Part shown: positions 26,301-38,611 of the stretch, in pieces
Position numbering within the stretch: the stretch's first letter is position 1
Layout: the number at the start of each line of letters is the position of its first letter
DNA from: Octopus bimaculoides
Taxonomy: Eukaryota
Assembly: GCF_001194135.2 (NCBI RefSeq)
Contig: NC_068986.1
Coordinates: 95,881,700-95,945,699 of the forward strand
Direction of reading: 5' to 3'
DNA: 64,000 nucleotides
The notes under the pieces: model-generated
Database searches by the model: none
Seen by the model: only the letters and a program-made list of their open reading frames with translations
What the model was told of the DNA's origin: nothing
Program-made: the position numbers and the translations under genes

Positions 26301-29300
26301 TCAGTTCTGACTGTTAGTTTTGAAGACTGGCAGAAGGAACAGGAAGATTGCATGTGTGACCACTGGTTACATTGTTGTAGTGACTGTGATATGTACTTGT
26401 GTTTGAAAACTGTTTTCCTGTTCTGTTTGCAGGGTGACATTTGTGATGAGCTTGAAGAAATTTCTCTAAAACTGGAGAAAACCCAAATTTGTTGTGACCA
26501 ACTTGAAAATACAGATCTTTAAACAAAACCATTAATTTCTCTAGTTTTTGTTGTTGTTTTTTTTTATCATTGATGTTGTCTGACCCTAGGCCCCTATGTA
26601 GGTTATTGATCAATCACCAAGGTACAACACACAGGTCAATTGTCTGAGGTATACCATATCTCCACTTAGATGAAAACCACACTGTCATACTAACATACAA
26701 TATGACAGTGTAGACATGCACTCTCTCCACCATCTGTCTATTTCCATATACCTGCTGTTGTTGGTGTGCTTGGTCAGAGCCATGATCAAATGTTTTTCGA
26801 CTATCATCATTATCATTTAACATCCATTCTCCACACTGGCATGAGTTGGACAGTCTGACAGAAGCTGGCCAGCCAGAGAGCTGCCCAGGCTCCATTTTGT
26901 CTGTTTTGGCAGGGTTTCTACAGCTGGATGCCCTTTCTAAAGCCAACCACTTTACAGAGCGTACTGGGTGCTATTAACATGGCACCAGCTCCCACAAGCC
27001 CACAAAACTAGGACCTCTCAGCTGAATGAGGGACATAGAGGACATGCCTATGATCATTCATTTCTTTTATCAAGGACTTCATTGTCAAATATTTCCTTTT
27101 ATTCAAGAGATTTGATTGTTATTTTGTTGGTTGTGTATGTCAGCAAATTCTGCTGATGTGTCCAAGGTCTTCCTCTGCATTTATCACATGTTGCTGTTGT
27201 TTTAAAACCAGAATGAGATCAATTTTCGAGGTCTCTGATGAAGTCATTTGCTTTCTTCAAAGAAAAAACTCAAAAATCTCATTTACATCTAATTAATTTT
27301 AGTGCTGTATGCTAATTAAAATGCAGATGTTTATTACCTGTTATAACCTGTACTTCTTAAGATCTAGTTTTGGGAAGACGAGCTGAATTACAATGTCTTT
27401 TGTTTCACACTCAGAATAAATTTGAAAATAACTGTCCCTGATGCCTTCAGAGTTTGTTTTTGTTTAACCTTAGTTCAACCGAGGTTGAACAGTCCTATAA
27501 TCAAAGGCATTCCTACCAGGACTATCCCAACTTTTTAAAGTTATGCAGGACTGCCCTGTTTAACATAGCCTTTCCTTATTTAAAGCAGTAGAGTGTGATA
27601 TGTGGAAGATATGGCTGCCTGGCCCTAATAGGTTAGATGACTATGTTGAGGCTCCTGGGTCAACTACTTTCCCAGTAGAGATTTTCAAAGACCAGTGCTT
27701 ATGCTAGTTTATCGCAAATGACTGTGCTAGTCTGGTACACATTGATGACATCTGGGTGGAGTGAGCAGTAAGGAATAAAAGGATTTGCCCAGATTCTCAA
27801 CTAAGTTCCGGCAGTATGTTTGAACTCATGAGTCATGGACGGGTAGTCTAACACTTTACCCAAATAGCAAATATGTTGAGTTGTCACTGTACTACTAAAG
27901 ATCATATTCCATTCCCACTACATTCCATATTTAATTCATTTAATTAAATTTTCCAGAGTTGTTTGTCTTCTGTTTTAGAGAATTTCATTAAAATTTCTTT
28001 TGGTGCTCCACTATGTTATACCCATTTTACTGTTAAGTTATCATGCAACAGGCATCTCTGGATGTTTTTCCCCAAGTCATTTTTAAGTTATTATGCCACT
28101 CTGTGTTCATTTACTAAAATTCTATATATACTTCTCTAATCATTCTAAGATCTACAGAAATGGTTGGACTACACTAGCAGGTCCAATGAAACAAACTTAT
28201 TCAAAGATGTCACTATACATCTAAAACCAGACTTGCCGCATCTTGTTTTTTGCTATAGTCAGTTGTTGTCTCCTTTATGAGGCTCAGCATCGTGATGTCG
28301 TCCTTTGCCACATTTTCACATGTTTTCTTGTTCTGCAGGCACCTTCCATATGGATCTTTGGACACATTTTTACTTAACTCACTTTCTTCATATGCATCAT
28401 ATGCCTGTATCAGCGCAGCCTTTTTTGCACACTATAGTTCTTATGTCTTACTCCCATGCAGTATTGTATTTCACATGCAAGCAAAATACAGTCTATCCTT
28501 CCCTCAAAGTAAAAGTTCATTTATTGCCATAAAAGGTGGTAATTACTTAACTTTTCAAGTCCTTGTTCACTCTGGCTACTGTGCATTCATAACATCCACT
28601 CCCACTGTTGATTTGGTCAACAGAAGCTATCAATTACTTCTAGCAAACTTTCATGGATGCTGTTACTTATATAGGTAGCGAAAGGCAGACTGTGAGATGC
28701 ATGTACATGAAGTGCAGGCACAGACATTGAAAATGGAGAATATGTTACAGCTGTAAAGAAATGCAGCAAGCATCCTTCTCTGGATGTGTAATGTCATGTT
28801 GTTTCTTACCCCTGCTGCCCTGTTTCACTGGTTTTGATAGGGTACCAACAGCTCTCTTGCCAATGCTGCTGTGGTAGTTTGAACCAGAAAAGACATTTTT
28901 CAATTTATTCAGTTCACCTAACTGTAAATAGGTAGCATGGTGAAGAAGGGATCATTGGTATGAGAGATGCTAAAAATAAAATTTAAGATCTTAGACATAA
29001 CATTATAGAGAGCTGATAACCTTGTAATCTGGAATTACACAAACGACTGCTTAAGTACAAGGTGGTATCGAGAAGTTTCTGGGCTACTTCTGTAGTGCAC
29101 CAACAGATGGCAGTACATGGTTGTGTGTGCAGTGAATGACAGCACTGTGTTTACTTCACAAGTCGTGAAATTTGTGTTTTTTTTGCTCATGTGTATGCGA
29201 TTTTGTCATGGACAGGAAGTTGGAACAAAGAGCCAACATGAAATTTTGCATTGAACTTGGGAAGTCTACTACAAAGACACTGAGCATGCTTCCACAAGCT

Positions 29301-32300
29301 TATCGTGACAAGGCAATGGGTCATATGCAATGTTTTGAGTGGCATGGGCACTTCAACAGTGGAAGAACATCTGTCGAAGACAGTGAGCAATCTGGAAGAC
29401 CTACCACGAGCATCAACCCCAGAAATGTGGTATTGTGCATCATGAATTCGTCCCCCAGGGCCAGACCATCAATCAAGAGTTCTACTGCAACATTTTGAAG
29501 CATTTGAGGGAGGACACTCAGCAAAAGTGACGGGATCTGTGGGTCGCTAAGAATGAGTTTCTCGCCAAAAACAACATGGTATTGTTTCTGCACCCACCCT
29601 ACTGCCAGATTTAGCACCTGCGGACTTCCATCTCTTCCCCAAGATGAAAATGCAGTTCAATGGTTGCCGTTTTAACACTATTGTTGAGATCCAAAGTGAA
29701 TCACAGAAGGTCCTTGACTAGCTTACAGAAAACAACTTCCAGGCTGGATTCCAAAAGTGGCAGGAATGCTGGGTCTGGTGTATTGCTGCACAAGGTGATT
29801 TTTTTTCAAAGGAGAGGATGTTAAAACTTAGGTAAATAAGTTATTTTTTATTAAACATAACTAGTCCTGGAACTTTTTGATACCACCTCATATAGCAGGA
29901 ATGGAATTACCATGTTCAAGGAATTTAATCTTAGTATTACAATTACTACCAATATAGACATATTTATCTTCCTAGGTATAGCACTAAACCAAGCCAAAAG
30001 AAAGCTTATATAATTAAAGGTTCTAAACATCCTCTTGGTATAAAAAACATTTTAGTCAACAATACAGGTAGCATTATATCCAACATGTCTTCAGATAATA
30101 CAACCTTCAAAATAACAGTTAGTGCAAGTGGATTTCATGAAAAATTAGTTTTTTGACCAAATAGACTCAGTAATAGAACAAACATAGGAAACAACATTAT
30201 CTAGTTTAACTTGCCTTCTGCAAACAATTTAGAAATAAACACAGCTACAAATTCCTTAGCCTTCATTTAAAAGAACATTTCCCAATCAATTATAAATACT
30301 ACGCATTGTTTAACAAAAATAGCATCTAGGTCAGTTACTATTGTGCAAAATTGTTGGCAATTTGAAGGACCAGTCTGAACAAACCCCCAAGAAGTCAAGT
30401 GAAACTACAAGACAAAGCAAACTTAGTATCTCCATCATAGAAAAGACTTAACAAAAGGAATTATCTATAAATTTGGTCAGTCTGCTCAAGATTGCTCAGA
30501 TTAGTTTATCTTTGTGTGGCACTTGCACCATATAATAAATGAACTAACAGACACTTCAAACAAAAGGACAGAAATATTATTAAAATGTCATCACCAGTTT
30601 TGGTGATGCCAATTACAGAAAGTTTACAATATATTGTCTTTTGGTATTGAATGCAAATAATAATTTTGTTAGCACTGGAAACATCTTTTCACTGACATAA
30701 CATCTAATCATTGTCTGTAATAAAATAAAACCTGGAATATTTAGTATGTGTGTGTGTGTATGCATATGAGTCTACACACAAACACATTATTCATTACTAT
30801 TTTTTTAGTTGCACTTGTTTAGCAAATAATTTGATCTGAGATCATGTGTTTTCATTGTACATTTAAAACCTCATCATTGAAGCTCCATTTGCTGACTATA
30901 CACACACTATTGTATCACATATAGTCACTGTTGCTATAAAAAATACACATATACTGTTGTGCTCCCTTTTACTTTATTATTTTGTAATATGAATGTGTGT
31001 GTGTGTGTCAGTATGTTTGCATTAGTGCTCTACAAAAGTGTTCAGGAGCTACAAGCAGTATTGTTATAGCTTCTCCCCTATCAAGAAATTGTCTTGCTTT
31101 CTTTTATGAAAATATGTGAAATAAGAGATCTCTTACTTGTAAAGGGTTAGCAACAGGAAAGGCCTCCAGCTGTAGAAAGAAGCAGTTTCTTAATAGTATA
31201 TCCATCTAGCCCATACTACCATGGAAAAATAGATGTAAAAATGAATGAATGAACTTGCAGGGTTTGTGGAATTACACATTTTATAAACATTTGTATTTCT
31301 ATTTTGATGCATAAATTTATAGATCTTCATACCATTATTTCATTACATTAAAGAATTCAGTTACATCTTCCATTTCATTCCTTAAGTCAACTTGTTTAAA
31401 GCATAATACATAAACTTGTTTCAATATATTAAAGCATTCATTTCTTAGTTAAGCTTGTTTCAAATTTGAACACACAAACACTATGAGGAGCAACATAATG
31501 TCATAGTTTTTGGCATCAAAGTCTTTAGTAATATGTTTATGATTTAGTCACTCATACTCTGCTTCATAATAGTGCTGCTGCTTGAAATAGAGGGAAATAG
31601 TATGCCAGGGATTAGAGTACAGTTTAATAATCAAAGACTAATACATAATAAGGTGAAAGTAAATATGACAATGTATGTGTGTTTTTTTAATCTGTTAGCG
31701 TTTAAACTGGCCTTACCTGGCCCAGATATTCTACTTGTTTTTTGGTCAGTCATTCGAAAGCATTAGAATAATCTGAATGCTAAAGGCTTCAGTGTGTCTC
31801 TAGCATGATGATATAGTTTGTTGTTCTTGTTTCCATATTTTTAAGATTCTTATTCCTTCACTTTCAGGTGTCTGCCAGGGATTTCCTTGCCTTCCCGTCA
31901 CCTAGTAAACTATTACAAATGGGTACTGCTGATACAATAACAAAAAACATTAAAGCAGAACTTGGGGTGAGTGACACACCCTCTATTTTGGGGTGGTGGT
32001 CATTGTTGCTATATATTGTCAATAATTGTATATAAGATTACTTAAAGGTATCGTGATGGTGGTAGTTGTAGGAGTGTGGTTTTTGTGTGATTGTTTACTG
32101 TGCGTATGCTAGCTTAGATTAAGTACACTATGTCCCTGCATGTCTTAAAAAGCAATTAAAAGAGTTTTTGATGTGAAGGACAGTAAAAAATTGCTTCTGA
32201 GAACCTGTCAACTCATACCAGCATGGAAAGGAGAATGTAAAGCAATGATGATGATGAAGTACTGTGGTGACTATAGTAGCATGGTATCCTGCTTAGTAAA

Positions 32301-33117
32301 GTTGTTACTGTTGTGTTGTAGTCTTTTATGATGGATGTAGCAGTGTGTTGATTGGTGTACTAGTGTTGTGCTTGGTAGTGGTTATAGTCATGTAGTGACT
32401 AGTGTGTGGTGGTTGGTTAAGCTGTAACAATATAAATGCAAACGTATTATAACCGTAGAACCCACCAACTCATGTGAACATGAAAGTAGTAAATGTTCAG
32501 TAGTAAAATAATTATAAAATAGCAAGTAAGAGCAGGTGAGAGGGAATAATTTTCAAAACTGCATACTCTTACTTAAGCCAGGAACCAAATGTAGATGTCA
32601 AGAAGTGAGTGTAGAAGAGGGCAAGTTGGCTGCAATGGACAGAAATAAAAGATAGCTTTAGAAAATATGGACAGTTGATTACATGGTGGATAGCAGTGGT
32701 TCTCCGTAGTTTTGACTTCATGATCCATGGAAATCAAGTAAAAAAAAAACCATTAGCACATTTCACATGTTAAATGGAACAGAAAAAAGTATATTAAAAA
32801 TTATTGCTTATCCTGTATTTATTAATCATCATCAGGATTTTAATGTTGGACAGAATTCCTTGAGGCAGATTTTCTACAGCTAGATGCTCTTCCTGTCACC
32901 AATCCTCACCTGTTTCCAAGAAAGGCAATATTTGTCCTTGGCTGGACATGTTTTGATTGAAAATGAAGGGCATCACTTATATGTTGATGCTCATTTACAA
33001 ATGTCGCACACTGTCAAGATTTGAAGACTGAGACAAACACACTCTTGCATACACATTCTTTTATTCGTTTCAGCCATGCAGCTGAAGCACCATCTTGGTT
33101 TTTAAACTACATCACAT

Positions 33118-33159
<42 letters not shown>

Positions 33160-33583
33160 TTGTTTAAAAGAGTTCCNNNNNNNNNNNNNNNNNNNNNNNN
33201 NNNNNNNNNNNNNNNNNNNNNNNNNNNNNNNNNNNNNNNNNNNNNNNNNNNNNNNNNNNNNNNNNNNNNNNNNNNNNNNNNNNNNNNNNNNNNNNNNNNN
33301 NNNNNNNNNNNNNNNNNNNNNNNNNNNNNNNNNNNNNNNNNNNNNNNNNNNNNNNNNTTCAATACTTTCTTTCATGGTGCCATCCATTTTAATTTTATTT
33401 TATATTATATTATATATTGTATATTCCATATTCTATACCCCACATTGGTTCTGCAGGAATATAAATAAAACATAAAAAACAGACAGTGTTGGAACTCTTT
33501 TAAACAAAATAATATATTCCTCTATACACAATCATACAAAAAAACAAAAAAAAACCCCACCTTTTGTATTTATTTTTACTCGC

Positions 33584-33617
<34 letters not shown>

Positions 33618-36600
33618 CTATGGACAGGTTTCTTTCAGTTTCTGGCTACCAATTACACTCAAGACTTTGCTCAACCCAGGACTATAGTAGAAAACACTTG
33701 CTGTGTGGTGGGGCTGAACCTGAAACCATGTGATTGGAAAGCAAAACTTCTCAAGCACACAGCCGTGCATTCACTTAGCATGCTTGTGTATAACAATATT
33801 ATGAATAACAGGTTATTAAAGATACTTAAGTATTAGTGTGGATTTTCTATAGACATAAATTATATTTTCGAAATTCTGCAGCACACCTCCTATGACACAT
33901 TGGTCAAATGAAGCACTGGTACACACTCCTTTAATAACTGAATTCTGATAGTGCAGATTTTAGTATTGACCTAAAAATCCACTGAGTTTAGAGTTGACTT
34001 AAGAATAGTGAAATCAAAGATTCCATTCAAGTTTACTATTGCTGAAATACTTCTGTTTCTGCTATTCAATTCAATTATCTTACCATTTTCTTCAACTATT
34101 TCAGGAATCTTGTACAAATGTTGATGAAGTTGTTAAAACTTTCTTAAAGGTAAGTCCTTGTGTTGTTGCTTGTGAACTTGACTTAGGTTTTGTTAAGGAA
34201 AGATGATGCTAATGTTGCTTAGCCCTACATCAGCTCTGACTGTAGATTTATGATCAAAAGCGTTCCTACCATGACCATCCACAATCTCTCAGATGGTGTT
34301 TGTTATTTACTTGGGCATACATTATACAGTGTTCCTCCTTTCTCAAAATAGCAGGTTGTAATCTGAGGGAGTTTTGCTGCTATTTCTAGATTCTCAAACA
34401 ACTGTTGAGACCCTTTCATTGGCTCTAAGCTCCCTTCAGCTTGGTTGTGTGTGTATGACTAATTACCAAGATAATATCTCAGACTGCACACCTTCACATA
34501 CTTACTGTCATATTCATTCGTGTTTACATGTGCATATTTATAAATGCCTGCTTAAATATGCAATCATTATAATATGGTGATAAGCTCCCAGCATGCATGC
34601 TAAGCTCACAACTTGGTTTCATCTCTTAGTTGAGCTAATTTAGTTGAACAACATGTACCCATGTTAGAAAACATTATTATTAAAAGGAGTGTAACGAGGG
34701 TGGGGATTGACAGGGCCTGGTAGTGTTTCTCACACCTCTTTACATTCTAAGTTCAAATCCCAGTATGGTCAACTTTTCCTTTCATCCTTTCAGGGTTGAT
34801 AAAGTAAAGTACTAGTCAAGTACTGGGGGTCAATATAATTGACTAACACCCTCCCCTCTAAAATTGCTGACCTTGTTCCTAAATTAGGAACCATTATCAG
34901 AAAGGCAATAGATTGCAGAATCAGTAGAGATCCAGACAAAATCCTACTACTACAGAAATTGTAAAAAAAGAATATCTGAGAATTGGAATAAAGGCCTTAT
35001 AGTAAATTCTGAGCACAAATCCCACCGAAGTACTGGGTGACTGCACCTCTCCCTCAAATTTTGTGACCTAGTGATTCAGTTCAAAAACAGATGTTACTGC
35101 TACAACTACTGTTGTGGTAATAAACATTGATCGTTTAGATTCATTTATGTGAACTCCATGGCAAATAATCTCTGTGCTTGTAGTATAAAAACAGGAGAGG
35201 ACTTTCTAAATCCTTCCAAAATATGAAAAAATATGTATGTAAAAAGGTATCAATTGTTAAAATTTATGTTACTGATATTACAAAAAAAAAAGTGGAGTAT
35301 TTTAGGAAATAGTGTTATAAAAGAAATGCTGGCTGCATATTCAACTGTCTATATATACCAGAGATCTGTATTTGTTAAAGAGTGGGAACGTCTTGTAACT
35401 CTACACACTGAAGCACTAACTTAACAGATGTTTTGTTAGCCTGAACTGCTAAATTAATGAGCTTCATGGACACTATGGCACTCTAGAAATAACAACCAAA
35501 TTGTCCTCAAATCTCACCATACTGTTTTAAAAGACTGAATGGTTATAGCTATTGTAGGTCTGCTCAGTTAGGGTTAACTTAGTACTACAGAGCAACAGCG
35601 ATAGCCACCATATTAAATACTATAGATATTGTGAGAGACTGCTTTGTGACCTGCTGGAAAAAGCAGCCAAATTTCCTTCAAATCACATTCTAATGTTTAA
35701 AAAATAAAGGAAGGACAGATTAGATAATATAGTTCTAGATACACCAAATACAGATGGGAAGGATACAACAGCATCACATTTAACCATAGATAGATCTGTG
35801 ATATTTGGGCCAACCAGGAGCCAGACAACAACCCTAGATGCACTACATGAGATAAAGTCTTCAACAGTACTCTTGTGATCAATTGATTTACAGGACTTAC
35901 CTACATACTGTGTTGTGTTTATAGTGTTCTATAGTTTTATGTCACTGGAATTTTGTATTAGGATTGCCTTCAATATTTATCTTTGTATTGTAATTTCCAT
36001 GTTTCTTCCTTAACAGATAGCATCTGTTGTGGATTCTCAAAATGAAAAGTTAAAGAAAACTGCCAACCAGTGTACAGGTAAGTTGTTCTTGGATTCCTTT
36101 GAATCATACAACAAGGCTATTTATTGCAAAATTAACCTGCTTTTTTCATTAACCATCTTAGATGTTCTTCAATATTTATATATTGTCCCTATACAATATA
36201 TAATTCATGCTAAATTCAGTGCCCAAATCTTGCCTAAATTTGTACACTGAACCCTGGCATAATGAACTGGATACCAGAGTGCATCTTGTCCAGCTCTTTA
36301 CTCACTGCACCAACTCAGCTGTTTTACGTCTGTTTGGAACAATGATTTTTTTTTATATAGATATAAAACATAGGCGTAGGAGTGGCTGTGTGGTAAGTAG
36401 CTTGCTTACGAACCACATAGTTCTGGGTTCAGTCCCACTGAGTGGCGCCTTGGGCAAGTGTCTTCTACTATAGCCTTGGGCCGACCAAAGCCTTGTGAGT
36501 GGATTTGGTAGATGGAAACTCAAAGAAGCTTGTCGTATATATATATATGTTTGTCCCCCCAACATCGCTTGACAACCGATGCTGGTGTGTTTACTTCCCT

Positions 36601-38574
36601 GTAACTTAGCGGTTCGGCAAAAGAGACCGATAGAATAAGTACTAGGCTTACAAAGAATAAGTCCTGGGGTCGATTTGCTTGACTAAAGGCTGTGCTCCAG
36701 CATGGCCAAAGTCAAATGACTGAAACAAGTACAGGAGTAAAACATTATCTTTGTGGTTGATGTGGGAAATGGGTTGATGTCATGTTCATAGCTTTCATGA
36801 AAGCAATGAAATCTGAATTAGTAACAGTTGGATTATTAACTTGCAGACTTTGCTTCCTTTTAAACTTAGCTGCCAGCTAACTCCTCTTCATATGTATTTG
36901 ATAAAACTATTTTCTCTTGTTTTCTTTGTAGATTCCTTATTTTCAGAGCTTTTAAAAGCAAATCCAGAAGAAAATACCTCATTATTGTTCAACTCACTCT
37001 TAGTCCACATGGGTTTACTTAAGGTAAGTTCAGTAAGTTTATCCTACTGAGAACAGTATTGTTTATTTGATAGTATTTACCTTAAATATATATCTACTGT
37101 ATAGGTTACATATAATTACTCTATTCTATCTGTAAACACTGTTCTCAGTGAGTTAACTCTTAGGCAGGTTGCATCTACTGGTACCACTATTACTTATAAC
37201 TATTTTAACCATTAACCCTATTGTTAGTGATTTGTCCATATTATCATTTCAGTTGGTAGTACTGTGTAACACTTGCTGTTACTGTTTTTTAACTGTTGAG
37301 TACTACTACTTATGACTGTCCAAATTATTAAACTTTGTTATCTGTGTATGAACCCTTTCTTATTACTGCCAAAGTATTTTACTATGTGCATCTCCGTTTT
37401 TAGAATAGGTACACCATGTCCTTACATGCCATAAAAGGCATCTAAGTGGTTAGCATTCAGTGAGTGGCATTCAACCATAAAACACTGTCTCCAAAAGCCC
37501 TGCCCAACCCATCTCAGTATGGAGGTGCAGATATGAGTAGCATAGGATAACTTGCAGTAGTTTTCTGAATTAGTATGGCATATTTAAATTTCTGATTACA
37601 TAAACATAACATATTAAAATTGTGTAACCTAGTCTTCTAGTTCTGATAATGTGAGCAATTTCAGTTTTCCTTGGATCAAATTTTTTATTATTTACATAAT
37701 ACAATACATGATGCTTTCTTTACCACACATAATGTTTGTGAAATTCTATTTTTCTGTGTAACGAAGTGTAATATATGGTGTACTCTGTACTATATGTAAT
37801 GTTTGTTAAACTATTGCTTCAGTGATGTCACCTGGTTTAAAATGAGCAATGTCTCATAAGGCTTGCTAGAAGAAAAGTTTGCATGTGTTTGATGTAATAG
37901 CTATCATTACATTTATGTGTGTGTGGATTCAGAGTTTGCTTTAAAATCAACTTGTTTCAGATCCTGTCTCTCTGTGGGACACCTTGAGCAAATGTATTCT
38001 TCTGTACCTTCAAGCAACCAATGCCTTGTGAGTGGAATTTTCAAAAGGTGTATGTGTGTGTGTTTTATCATGTGCTAGAAAGACAAACAACAAAGTTGGC
38101 CTCAGCAGGATTTTGAATTCAGAATGTAATAGAAAGGAACTAAAAGAACCACAAGTCATTTTGTCTGATGCTCTACCATTTCTGCTGGCCCAGAGGTGTT
38201 ACTATTATGTGCAATTATTAAAATAAATTTTGATGTGAATTTAAAACCTAAAGCTGATGTTGACTATATGGGTTAACAAAATTTTTATAAATGTTTTTGA
38301 TAGTGTTGACCATTTATTAAATTTGTTGGTTTTTCTTTTTAAAAGGGAGAAGACAAGAAATATAAATCACCTGGAGACCTCAATGGTACCTTGATAGTTC
38401 TAGAACATTGTGTACAACAGGCTTACTTCCCGAGCTTTGGGCGAGATATTCTCAGTGCATTCATTAGCCGGTGAGTAATAGTAGTAGTACGACAACAGCA
38501 GCGGCATCTTTGCCTTCTTCTTCTTTGTTGATGTCTTTGTCTTTTTTGTCTTCATCATCATCATCATCATCATC

Positions 38575-38611
<37 letters not shown>

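Noticed and set aside
28277-28678. 133-aa + strand ORF in intron 11
   Set aside because: It is the antisense of a degenerate RTE fragment; no recognisable protein and no convincing splice sites.
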